64,000 bases of DNA from an uncultured bacterium. GTDB taxonomy: Bacteria; Chloroflexota; UBA5177; JANWHV01. This document shows, in pieces, positions 28,032 through 36,550 of the stretch. Below the pieces are notes generated by a model. The model had not been told where the DNA came from, ran no database searches, and saw nothing but the letters and a program-made list of their open reading frames with translations. How positions within the stretch are numbered: the first letter of the stretch is position 1; each line of letters opens with the position of its first letter. Made by a program: the position numbers and the translations under genes. The stretch covers positions 256,001 to 320,000 of the forward strand of contig CAVSOU010000008.1 in NCBI GenBank assembly GCA_963729625.1. The letters run 5' to 3'.

Positions 28032-30458
28032 TCAGTTGTTCCCCAGGTAGAAGCCGCGGTAATCGGCCACCGCGCCGCCGTACTCGTGCCGCACCTTGTA
28101 CGTGATCATGTCGTTCGTGAAGTTGTTGCCGAACAGCGGCTGGTCCTGGATGAACAGCTGCGGATTCATCTGCCCGCCCACGAACCCGATCTCGATCGTG
28201 TCGATCACCCGCGGGTCCGCCACCAGCGCCCAGTATGTCGCGCTGGAAATCTGTGGCGCCACCATCACTTCGCAGTAGCCCAGCATCGGGTTGATGTCGT
28301 TGTAGCTGCCGCCCGGCGCGCCGGCCGACTTCGTGACCACCATCGCCGTCCACTCCAGCTCCGGCGGCACGATCAGGAAGCGCGGCTTGAGGCCGATCGG
28401 CTTGCTCGCCGCGTTCAGCTGCCGCCGCATCGCCGTCACCGCCGTCTGCATGGCACTGCTCGCCAGCGCCGTCCCCTGGTTCGCCGTGCCCAGGTTGGCC
28501 GTGGCGATGCCCGTGTTCACATGGTGCGTGATGTCGAACAGCTTGTATGAGTCGTAGATCGCGCTGCCGTTCGCCGCCAGCATCGTATACACGAACTCCG
28601 CCAAGGTGAAGGCCGCGGCCACCGCCAGCTTGCCCGGTATCTGCTTGATCGCGTAGAGGTCGTCATTGATGATCGTCTCGCGCGAGACCGACACCAGGTT
28701 GCCGCGCTTGGTCGGCGTATACGTGGCCTGCGTGTCCGACAGCGTGGCGTTCACATACGGCCCGTCCTCCGCCACCGTGGCCAGCGCCCCAAAAGCCCCC
28801 AGACGCACCCGCGTCTGCAGCTTGAAATCCTTGATCGGCGTCACCGTGCAGAACTTCTGCCACTCGGACGGCCATGCCTGGTAGTCCTTCAACAGCCGCT
28901 TGTTCATGCTGGTGCCCAGCAGGTAGCTGAAGGTGCTGGTAATCACCTCGTTCGCTTCCTGCAGCCGCACGGGGTCCGACACGCCGGTGATCGCGAAATC
29001 CTTGGTCGCCACCGTGTAGGCTTCACGAATGCCGGAGAGCGCCGGCACCTTCTCGCCTTCCTGCATGTCGAATAGCTGGTCGAACGCCTTCTGCAGCCGG
29101 TCGGCTTCCGTCATGGTCACGCTGATGTGCTTCTCGTAGCCCATGCCCCGGATCAGCCCGCCGGCCGTCAGCTCCGCCAGCACCGCGCGTTCCTCGTCGA
29201 TCGCCGCCGTCAGGTCCGCTTCCTGCACCACCTGCCCGGCGAAGCGCCGCGCCAGGCGCGCCTTGACCGCCGCCGGCAGTTCGCTCTTGCCCAGCGCGGT
29301 CTCCACCAGCCGCTCGCTTGCGAATACCGCGCGCTCCTGCCGCACCTGCTCCAGCAATCGCGCCACATCATCAGCCGCGCTGCCAGCCTCCCCTTCGCGA
29401 ATCACCTGGCTCGCGGCGACCACCTGTGCCGGCGGCGCCACCGGAGCCACCGTAGACGGCCCTTCGCCGCCGCCCGCCACCTGAGCGCTGCCAGTCTGCA
29501 CCACGTACGTCCCTCCCAACTGCACCTCACCGCCAGGAATCGCCTGGCCGATACTCGGACCCAGCTGCACCGGATTGATCTGCCCCGCCGGCACGGGTCG
29601 CTGTTGCGCCACGATCGACGCCCCGCCGGCAATCGCCTGCCGCGCCAACATCGCAGCCTCTTCGTTCAGCGGCTCGCACTGGTCCCACCAGGATTGCTTA
29701 TCCGCCTCCAGAATCTTCTCGAAGCTGCCGCCTGCCGAGGCCCTGGTGATCACATCCACACTGGCCAGACTGGTGATGTGCTCCACAATCCGGGCCCGCT
29801 TGCCGCCCACCTGTCCCTCGGCCACCTTGGCCTGCACGTCGATGGAGAGGCCGACCAGGTCGGTCCCTTCCTCCACGGACTCTTGAATCAGCGACCACAG
29901 CCAGTCCTGACTCTTGGAAATGCGCAAGGTGGCGCGCACCTCGCCGTCCTGCCCAACGCGAACCTTCTTGTAGCTGCCGGCCAGGTCGCGCACGCTGCGC
30001 AGCGTGGCGTCGGAATGATCGACGTAGGCGCGCGCCCCCTCGAACAACGGCACCGCCTCGGAGAGGCACTCGGGGCCGTAAAAATTCCCGTTCCGGCTCA
30101 GGCCCGGCCGGATGCACACCACCTCCACTTCCCGCTTATCCGTGGGCCCCAACGCACCCTCACGCAGGCTGATGCCAAAACGTATCCGCGACTCCATCAG
30201 CAGTCGATCCCCTCCTCCCGGCCAGTCCATGCCTTCGCTCTTGTACAGTGCGCGCAGCGCCTTGCCCGCCTCTTCCCGACCGGGCCCTTCGTACCGGTTG
30301 CCTCGATGGCCGCCAGGCGAGAACAGGGCGGCATAGGCCGCGCCCATCAGACCGTGGTCCGGCTTCCCATCCCGCCTCACGCGCAGGTGCCACGTGGACG
30401 GCTTCTCCGGGTCCTCCACCACCAGATAGTCCGCCGCGCCACCCGCATCCTCAGCCAC
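28032..30458 (-). CDS. Fused prohead protease - scaffold - major capsid protein (Mu gpT-like, HK97 fold)
   Basis: Protease motifs GLSRNGNFY, AYVDH, VGLSID, SVDVITRASAGG; capsid motifs TSTFSYLLGTSMNKRLL, SRETIINDDL, PRFLIVPPELE, KVRHEYGG. Confidence 0.9.
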   Translation of the reverse strand: MAEDAGGAADYLVVEDPEKPSTWHLRVRRDGKPDHGLMGAAYAALFSPGGHRGNRYEGPGREEAGKALRALYKSEGMDWPGGGDRLLMESRIRFGISLREGALGPTDKREVEVVCIRPGLSRNGNFYGPECLSEAVPLFEGARAYVDHSDATLRSVRDLAGSYKKVRVGQDGEVRATLRISKSQDWLWSLIQESVEEGTDLVGLSIDVQAKVAEGQVGGKRARIVEHITSLASVDVITRASAGGSFEKILEADKQSWWDQCEPLNEEAAMLARQAIAGGASIVAQQRPVPAGQINPVQLGPSIGQAIPGGEVQLGGTYVVQTGSAQVAGGGEGPSTVAPVAPPAQVVAASQVIREGEAGSAADDVARLLEQVRQERAVFASERLVETALGKSELPAAVKARLARRFAGQVVQEADLTAAIDEERAVLAELTAGGLIRGMGYEKHISVTMTEADRLQKAFDQLFDMQEGEKVPALSGIREAYTVATKDFAITGVSDPVRLQEANEVITSTFSYLLGTSMNKRLLKDYQAWPSEWQKFCTVTPIKDFKLQTRVRLGAFGALATVAEDGPYVNATLSDTQATYTPTKRGNLVSVSRETIINDDLYAIKQIPGKLAVAAAFTLAEFVYTMLAANGSAIYDSYKLFDITHHVNTGIATANLGTANQGTALASSAMQTAVTAMRRQLNAASKPIGLKPRFLIVPPELEWTAMVVTKSAGAPGGSYNDINPMLGYCEVMVAPQISSATYWALVADPRVIDTIEIGFVGGQMNPQLFIQDQPLFGNNFTNDMITYKVRHEYGGAVADYRGFYLGNN

Positions 30459-30586
30459 GTAACCAGCCCTCCACCATCACCCGGCCGGTGATTGCTTCTA
30501 TTTCACTAAAGTCAATCGGATTACTTGTATATACCCCACCATCACGCGGCCGCGGCCGGTGCGCTGCGCACACACCGAGGCCCGGC

Positions 30587-31264
30587 TCACAGCCCGTTAT
30601 CCTTGCCGAAGAAGCTGCCCACCGTGGGACCCAGCCGGAACAGCGTGTCCGCGTGCTCCGCGTTCACGAACGACGTGTCGCACGCTTGCGGCAGCAGTAA
30701 CCCATCCGGCTGGCCGATCACCAATACCCGCTTGAAGCGAGCCGCGTGCGCCTGGCTGTACCCGGACGTGAGCTGGTGCCGGCTGATCCACGCCAGCACG
30801 AACGGCAGCCTGCCGGCGCCGGGCTCGCGAAACAGCACGTATAGATTACGCCGGGGTACCCGCCCGAGCGGGTCGCCGACCAGCGGCGCCCGTTCCCGGA
30901 CAGGAGAGACGCCCCGCCTCCGCGCCGCAGTCGTCGACTGTCTGTCGATGACTGCGTTTCCGTCCACGTGGTAGTCGTCCTTCCCTTCCACCACCATCGC
31001 GCCGCCAGTCCAAATCAATCCGTATTCCCCTTCCCATTCGTTCCGGGACACGCCGCACAGCCCGCAAAGATCACAATCCCGCGCGTGCCACAGGCCATCC
31101 CCGGCTTGCCAAGGCGCCCACACGTGCCCATGCTCGCCACAGATGCTTTGGATCCGCGTCAGCGACGCGCTGTAGTCCAGCCCCAGCAGCCCCACATCAC
31201 ACCCGCCCAGCAAGCACCGCCAGATCTCCTCCGGCCAGCTGCTCGACGGTGCGCCCTTCACCAC
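30587..31264 (-). CDS. Hypothetical protein with Zn-finger-like Cys/His motifs
   Basis: CGEHGHVW...RDCDLCG; overlaps the upstream stop. Confidence 0.45.
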   Translation of the reverse strand: MVKGAPSSSWPEEIWRCLLGGCDVGLLGLDYSASLTRIQSICGEHGHVWAPWQAGDGLWHARDCDLCGLCGVSRNEWEGEYGLIWTGGAMVVEGKDDYHVDGNAVIDRQSTTAARRRGVSPVRERAPLVGDPLGRVPRRNLYVLFREPGAGRLPFVLAWISRHQLTSGYSQAHAARFKRVLVIGQPDGLLLPQACDTSFVNAEHADTLFRLGPTVGSFFGKDNGL

Positions 31265-31668
31265 ACGCTCACCACCACGCCGTCAGCTGGATTCGCCGAA
31301 TCCATCAAGATCACCAGACATTGCGCGCCCGCCACCAGCAGGCCGGCGTCGATTGCCTTGTTCACCGCCAGCGGCCCCACCACATCGGCCTGCGCGCCCA
31401 ACAGCTGCACCCCCGCCGTGTTGCTGCCGGCGTCGTAGGACTGGATCACCCCCAGCTCGGACAGCTGCTCACCCAGCCGCGGGCCGGCCACCGCCCGCGA
31501 GACGGCCTTCTCCCGCGACCCGCTTGACCGTTCGCCGCGCGAGCCGGTCTCCGCGTGGCGCCTGGCGGCATGGTGCTCGACCGCCGTGTGCGTCACGCCG
31601 GCGTGGCGCGCGCTGTGCCCGCTGCCGCTGTGCCGGCTCCGCTCAATGACCTCCGCACGCGTGCTCAT
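31258..31668 (-). CDS. Hypothetical OB-fold, spike-like virion protein
   Basis: GVIQSYDAGSNTAGVQL...GAQCLVILMDSANPADGVVV resembles the OB-fold of baseplate spike proteins. Confidence 0.55.
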   Translation of the reverse strand: MSTRAEVIERSRHSGSGHSARHAGVTHTAVEHHAARRHAETGSRGERSSGSREKAVSRAVAGPRLGEQLSELGVIQSYDAGSNTAGVQLLGAQADVVGPLAVNKAIDAGLLVAGAQCLVILMDSANPADGVVVSVW

Positions 31669-31934
31669 CGCGTCCCCCCGCACACCGAGCGTGCCGCGTG
31701 GCACGTGCCCACGTATTCCCGGCTGCGGTCCCACTGCACCATGCCGCGGTCCACGAGCCCGTTCACGAGCCGCACCAGCCGTTCCCAGTACAGGTGCGTG
31801 TCCGATGCCAGGTACCAGAAGCCCATCGGCGCGTGGTGCGCGTGCTCCCAGTCACGCACGGCGCGGATCACAGCCAGGTCCTCCGCCGTCGGCGTCCAGG
31901 GTAGGGGTTCGACTTCGACAAGCATCCTCACCAC
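31665..31934 (-). CDS. Winged-helix protein resembling a LexA DNA-binding domain
   Basis: TAEDLAVIRAVRDWEHAHHAP...LVNGLVDRGMVQWD. Confidence 0.5.
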   Translation of the reverse strand: MVRMLVEVEPLPWTPTAEDLAVIRAVRDWEHAHHAPMGFWYLASDTHLYWERLVRLVNGLVDRGMVQWDRSREYVGTCHAARSVCGGTR

Positions 31935-32245
31935 GGATCACTCCTTGCCCGCCGGCGGGTACCCGTGGGCCGCAGCCGGCACAGCACGGCCCGCACGCAC
32001 CCGCCGCTCGCGAACCCCAGGTACGCGGCGATGCGATCGGCAGTCCATCCCTGCCGCCGCAGCGCCGCCGCCTCATCCAGCCGTTTGCCACGCCAGTTGT
32101 CCTGCCTGCCGTCCCAGATCTGCCTGCCGATCGTGGCGCGGCTGAACCCCAGCCGCCTGCCGATCTCGCCGTGGGTAAACCCCTGCCGCCGCAGCCGCAG
32201 GGCCTCACACCGATCGCCGGCAGAAAAGCTCCGCTCCCCTGACAT
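31928..32245 (-). CDS. Tandem helix-turn-helix protein
   Basis: ALRLRRQGFTHGEIGRRLGFSRATI and AALRRQGWTADRIAAYLG. Confidence 0.65.
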   Translation of the reverse strand: MSGERSFSAGDRCEALRLRRQGFTHGEIGRRLGFSRATIGRQIWDGRQDNWRGKRLDEAAALRRQGWTADRIAAYLGFASGGCVRAVLCRLRPTGTRRRARSDPW

Positions 32246-32342
32246 CCTCACATCTCCTCAGACCACGAGCTCACGCCGGCCGCGCCGGCGGTCCCGGCGC
32301 CATCTGCTCCCATCGGCGGCAGCCGGAGGTGCGAAGCACACT

Positions 32343-32388
32343 CCGGGTACCCGGAGACCCACCAGAGTGGGTGATAGCGGGTGGCCGC
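32343..32388. repeat. REP-like palindrome
   Basis: CCGGGTACCCGGAGACCCACCAGAGTGGGTGATAGCGGGTGGCCGC. Confidence 0.8.
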
Positions 32389-32398
32389 AGCTCCCCCT

Positions 32399-33208
32399 TC
32401 ACGGCGACACCAGCTCCAGCGCGATCAGCTCATAGGTCAGCACGTCGCCTCGCGGCGCGGTGCCGGTGATGAACGCATAGGGCAGGAACATCCAGCCCCG
32501 CACGCCCACCCCCAGGCCCCAGCTATTCAGCACCACGAAGTGGCCGGCCGGCACGCCCGGCAGCGCCGCGTCCGCGTAGCCGCCCAGCACCATGTAGTGA
32601 CCGCCCAGCAGTTCCTCATCCGGCCCGGGCAGCGGGATGATGCCCGTCCGCAACGTCTCTGGCGCCTCAAAACTGCTCCACACCTCCAGGGCGATGCCCA
32701 CGGAATAGCCGTAGGCCAGCGCCTGCTTCACGGCGGTCACATCCTTGGGCACGCTGTACCACTGCAGGAACCTGCGCCGTTCCGCCGCCTTGAGCGCCGC
32801 GGACGTCGGCTTCTCGCCGATCAGCACCGTCGGGTAGTAGGGCCAATCCTTCTCCGGGCAGTCCCCGTACACGTTCACGGCCCTGAACACATCCACAGGG
32901 TCACGGCCCGTATCGCCCGTGTTTCCCTCCATAAAGCCGGACCAATAGTACGGGAACGAGCGGCTGCGATGGTACGGCACGCCGACGTGCTGGCGGAGCA
33001 GCTCGTACTCCATCTGGCTCGCGGCGCCATTGCAGGTGCAGGTGCCATAGCTGCCCTGGTCGAACGCCGGCAAAAACATATGCCGCAGGTCCACGCTCGC
33101 CGGCAATACGACCCCGGTGTCGTGTTCCACCTGCAGGGTGCGCAGCGGCACGCGGCCCTCGCGCAGACGATAGCCGAGTCCTCGGCCTCCGGGTGTCGCC
33201 AGTGCCAT
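32399..33208 (-). CDS. C1 (papain-like) cysteine peptidase
   Basis: VDLR...DQGSYGTC, GGHYMVLGGY and NSWG catalytic motifs. Confidence 0.9.
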   Translation of the reverse strand: MALATPGGRGLGYRLREGRVPLRTLQVEHDTGVVLPASVDLRHMFLPAFDQGSYGTCTCNGAASQMEYELLRQHVGVPYHRSRSFPYYWSGFMEGNTGDTGRDPVDVFRAVNVYGDCPEKDWPYYPTVLIGEKPTSAALKAAERRRFLQWYSVPKDVTAVKQALAYGYSVGIALEVWSSFEAPETLRTGIIPLPGPDEELLGGHYMVLGGYADAALPGVPAGHFVVLNSWGLGVGVRGWMFLPYAFITGTAPRGDVLTYELIALELVSP

Positions 33209-33261
33209 CAATCTTCCTCTTCCACCAGTAGCGGTATGGTCATCGCATCCTCCTCGCCTTC

Positions 33262-33452
33262 GATATCCCGGCGTGAACGCCGCGGGTACCCACAAGAGTG
33301 GGTGTCCTCACCGATGGCCTAGCGGTGGCCTTCAGGCAGCCTTCGCCTACATGCTTCCTGCGAGTAGTTGCGGTATGCCATGCGGCGCCGGCCCTCCTGC
33401 GACCACAGTCGCCGGGTACCGGGTACCCACAAGAGTGGGTGATAGCGGGTGA
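33262..33452. repeat. Two REP-like palindromes
   Basis: GGGTACCCACAAGAGTGGGTG at about 33284 and at 33421. Confidence 0.8.
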
Positions 33453-33522
33453 TGCTGCCATCCTTCCGCAGATGGAGGCCTCAAGCATGTAGCGGGTACC
33501 CGGTCCCCGCCGGCGGCGCGCA

Positions 33523-34323
33523 TCACGCCGCCTCCAGGTCGGCCTTGAGCAACCAGCCCGAATAGTGGCTGGTATGGCAATGGATCCAGTGCGGCGTCTG
33601 CAGCCCGTCCAGCCCCACCATCACGCCCGCCGTCAGCAGCACCACCCGGCGGCTCAGATGGTCCGGCGCCTGCTTCAGCGCGCAGTCCACCGTCGTCTTC
33701 AGCCGCGTGGCCGGCCGTCCCAATGCCCGCAACCCGTCCAGACTGCGGGCCAGCTCGTCCCCGTCCACGTCGCCGGTGATGCCCGGCACGCTGAGCGTCC
33801 AGCTGAACTGCGCCAGGGCCACATACGGCCACACGCCGATCGACGCGGGACAGGCCTCCCCCGGGCAGGCCAGCCAGAGCGGGTAGGCGGCCAGCCGCGT
33901 GTCGGTCAGCCGGTGCAGCGCCCAATCCTGATTGCTATACAGCAGTGGCCGGAAGCCCGCCGCCGCCTCGCAGGTGCGCAGGAAGGCCAGGACAAAGGCC
34001 GATTCCTCCGTGCTCCCTTCCGGCGTCTCGAAGTCGCCGGCCGCCAGGTCGCCGGGCAGCCAATCCCCTTGCCCCACCACCGTCTGCACGAAATGCGCCG
34101 CCTGCCCCGCCGCGTCGCCCAGCTCCGGTCGCGTGAAACAGTAGGCGCCGCGCACCAACCCCGCCGCCTTCGCTCCCGCCCAGTTGTACACAAACTGTGG
34201 ATCGCTGACCGACAACCCTTCCGATGCTTTGATCAGGGCAAAGCTAAAGCCATCCTCCTTCACCCGTGGCCAGTCGATCGCGCCCTGCCACAGGCTCACG
34301 TCAATCCCCTTCAGTGCGGGCAT
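33523..34323 (-). CDS. GH25 muramidase (endolysin-like) with an SH3-like tail
   Basis: GIDVSLWQGAIDW, KASEG, GAYCF, DFE, GDVDGD. Confidence 0.92.
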   Translation of the reverse strand: MPALKGIDVSLWQGAIDWPRVKEDGFSFALIKASEGLSVSDPQFVYNWAGAKAAGLVRGAYCFTRPELGDAAGQAAHFVQTVVGQGDWLPGDLAAGDFETPEGSTEESAFVLAFLRTCEAAAGFRPLLYSNQDWALHRLTDTRLAAYPLWLACPGEACPASIGVWPYVALAQFSWTLSVPGITGDVDGDELARSLDGLRALGRPATRLKTTVDCALKQAPDHLSRRVVLLTAGVMVGLDGLQTPHWIHCHTSHYSGWLLKADLEAA

Positions 34324-34370
34324 CCTGGCCCACCCCCATCCGTGGTATCTGTGTTTCAGGAACCACCACT

Positions 34371-34691
34371 CTACTCACCGCCGGCCCATCCCGGCCGCTT
34401 GGTGATCAGGCCCGCGCTGTAGACCAGCAACCCCACGATCGGGAATGCCAGCTTATCGGCGATCGTCTCGATCCACTCACGCGCCAGCAGGCTGCTAAAG
34501 CTGATTGCCGACGCCACCAGGTACAGCACGAGTCCCAGCACGACCACGGCCAGCAGCAGTACCAGCGTGTCCACCAGCCCGCGGCCCAGGAACCGCGCCG
34601 CCTCGCCCACTTGCCGTTCCGTTGTCGTCTCCGTCACCGTCGTCGCCGCCGGCTGGCTTGCCGCCGGCTTGAGCATCGTTTGATCCAGCAT
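34371..34691 (-). CDS. Holin-like membrane protein
   Basis: Two hydrophobic helices, GAAGGAG RBS, directly upstream of the lysin. Confidence 0.6.
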   Translation of the reverse strand: MLDQTMLKPAASQPAATTVTETTTERQVGEAARFLGRGLVDTLVLLLAVVVLGLVLYLVASAISFSSLLAREWIETIADKLAFPIVGLLVYSAGLITKRPGWAGGE

Positions 34692-36186
34692 CCGCGCTCA
34701 CTCCTTCCGCGTCGACACGCCCAATCTCTTCCGCCACGTCCACGTTCTGACCGGTCATGCCGAAGAACAGTCGCATCCCCGTCTCGCGGGAAATCCAGCC
34801 CGCCGCGTTCGCCGCCAGCATGGCGCTCATGATCTGGCTGCCGGCCGTGGCCAGATCCTTGTTGTCGCTCGGCACCAGCTCGGGGAAGATGATCTGGAAG
34901 CTCCGATCCGTGCCGGCGCCCAGCTTGCCCGCCTTGACCGCCTCGTCCAGTGCGCGGTCCAAAATGGCCCGCAGCATCAGGCCAAAGATGTCCTGCCGCC
35001 GCTCGAACTTGCGGAACGTCGGCAACCCCATTTCCGATGCCGTGGCCCGGTTCGTGTTGCCGCCCTCGCCGAGGTAGTGCTCGGGCAAACCGGCCCCCAT
35101 GGCGATCATCATCTTGATCGCCCGGCCGTCCTCCGCCACCTCGTCGGCGTGGATCTGCGGCTGCACCGCTGTCCAGCTCTCGCTCTCGTTATGCACCACG
35201 ATGCTGCCCGGCTCGGGCGCGTAGGCATACTGCATGCGCTTGCGATCGATCGTCTTCGCGTCCGCCCCCGCCAGCTTGATGTCCCAGAGGAAGGCGCCCT
35301 TGTACTTGTTGATGCGCACGCGGTCGGTCAGCCAATCCCGATAGCGGCGCAGCCAGGGCAAGAGTGTGGCCAGGTCGCTCTTGCCGCGCTTGGCGTTGGA
35401 CACCGAGTTGATCTTGAACTGGATCACGTCCTCACCAGCCGTGAACCACTTGCCCGCCATCACCGCGTCACCCGGGTAACTGGCGCCGGTGGGCTCCAGG
35501 GTCGGTGCCGGCGGCTGCACGCCCCCGATCGGAGCCGTGGCGCTCCACATGGCGCCGCCCGGACCGACGGGCCGCTGGTGGAAGCGGATCGTACGCTCGA
35601 TGTTGTCGGGGTCCGTCTCGATCTGGTCGATCAGGCTGGGGTCGATCTGCGCGATCTTCACCGTGCCGTTGAACCTGTTCACGAAGAAGCGGATGAACTG
35701 CTCGCCATAGAGCGAGAGCTCCGTGCAGAGCGAGTACACCCGCGTCGGCATGTGGTTGTCCGGGTCTTCCCAGAAGGCGTCGATGAGCCGCTGCACCTTT
35801 TTGTTCCGGGCCGTCACCGTCACCCCCGTGCCGAGCACGAAGTTCGTCATCAGCTCCACGATGTAGCTGGCGATGGGGTTCGCGTTGAACTGCTCGTAGC
35901 ACTGGTTATGGATTTCCAGGTACGTGCTGGGAATGACGTCCTTCTGGTACCAGTTATCCGAGAGCCGGCGCCAGTAGTAGTCCTCCTCCATGCCGGCACC
36001 CAAGCGGCCCCAGTAGTAGTCTTCCTGCATGGGGAACGTGGCATTCGCCGTCGGGTCCATTTGGCCCTCAATCAGCCGGCGCGATGCCGTGTCGTCAACC
36101 GTTCCGGCCATATTCGCCGCAATCGCGACGCCGAGACGAGTGCGGGGCGCCGCGATCGCATCTTCCTTGGCCCGTCGCGCGCCCAT
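34495..36186 (-). CDS. Phage portal protein
   Basis: NPIASYIVELMTNFVLGTG, ELSLYGEQF, RGKSDL, GAGLPEHYLGEGGNTNRATA; ATG at 36186 after GGAGG. Confidence 0.88.
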   Translation of the reverse strand: MGARRAKEDAIAAPRTRLGVAIAANMAGTVDDTASRRLIEGQMDPTANATFPMQEDYYWGRLGAGMEEDYYWRRLSDNWYQKDVIPSTYLEIHNQCYEQFNANPIASYIVELMTNFVLGTGVTVTARNKKVQRLIDAFWEDPDNHMPTRVYSLCTELSLYGEQFIRFFVNRFNGTVKIAQIDPSLIDQIETDPDNIERTIRFHQRPVGPGGAMWSATAPIGGVQPPAPTLEPTGASYPGDAVMAGKWFTAGEDVIQFKINSVSNAKRGKSDLATLLPWLRRYRDWLTDRVRINKYKGAFLWDIKLAGADAKTIDRKRMQYAYAPEPGSIVVHNESESWTAVQPQIHADEVAEDGRAIKMMIAMGAGLPEHYLGEGGNTNRATASEMGLPTFRKFERRQDIFGLMLRAILDRALDEAVKAGKLGAGTDRSFQIIFPELVPSDNKDLATAGSQIMSAMLAANAAGWISRETGMRLFFGMTGQNVDVAEEIGRVDAEGVSADAGSNDAQAGGKPAGGDDGDGDDNGTASGRGGAVPGPRAGGHAGTAAGRGRAGTRAVPGGVGNQL

Positions 36187-36202
36187 ATGACCTCCCGTTA
36201 TT

Positions 36203-36216
36203 AGTACGTATGTTCT
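36203..36216. promoter_or_regulatory. LexA (SOS) box-like operator
   Basis: AGAAC-ATAC-GTACT on the minus strand, one mismatch from the Gram-positive/Chloroflexi-type GAAC-N4-GTTC, between promoter and RBS of the portal gene. Confidence 0.75.
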
Positions 36217-36229
36217 ATTAATCAAGCCC

Positions 36230-36257
36230 AGCATAGCACGAGAATCATGCTTGTCAA
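36230..36257 (-). promoter_or_regulatory. Sigma70-type promoter of the virion operon
   Basis: TTGACA-N16-TATGCT with an extended TG. Confidence 0.75.
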
Positions 36258-36550
36258 GGAAAACATTGGGAGGTTCAGTGCCTTAGGGTGTGAAGCGTCG
36301 TTATTTCCGGCCTAATTTGCGCTTTCTTGCAGGCAGTGGATCCGCGTTTGCCGATCGAGCAGATGCCATGGCGATCTGCTCGCACGCCGATACATCGCCG
36401 CGGACCGCGCAGGCGCTGCCTGAGTACTTCTCGAAGTCACTGCCCTCTTGCCTGTATCATCACTGACGGTGATCTGCCGAATGCCGGATCTCTTCACTCG
36501 CCGGGGTGCGCGAGAGCAATCCGTCGAGGTTCTAGCGGAGCGCCGTAACA

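Larger units (their letters stand above)
12675..36257 (-). other. Phage-derived virion gene cluster (GTA-like or domesticated prophage head and short-tail module)
   Basis: About 30 co-oriented genes; portal, capsid, lysis and terminase present; no integrase, replication, tape-measure, tube or sheath gene recognised. Confidence 0.75.

Noticed and set aside
14686-33452. REP-like copies as a CRISPR array or DGR template/variable repeats
   Set aside because: Dispersed, palindromic and irregularly spaced; no reverse transcriptase and no adenine-specific mismatch pattern seen.
34495-34691. Portal C-terminal extension overlapping the holin-like gene by ~200 nt as a functional overprint
   Set aside because: The extension is low-complexity, and a one-base shift near GAAGGAGTGA would end the portal at the holin RBS. 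A lost stop or indel is more likely; cannot be resolved without reads.
16401-36204. Long plus-strand ORFs (e.g. 20893-23400, 25702-27084, 29127-30491, 35077-36204)
   Set aside because: Antisense shadows of high-GC minus-strand genes; Arg/His/Pro-rich with no motifs.
1-36257. One single intact prophage spanning 1-36 kb
   Set aside because: The integrase is internal, there are two terminase sets, one terL is cut at the integrase boundary, and REP content and codon style differ between the halves. Two nested entities fit better.
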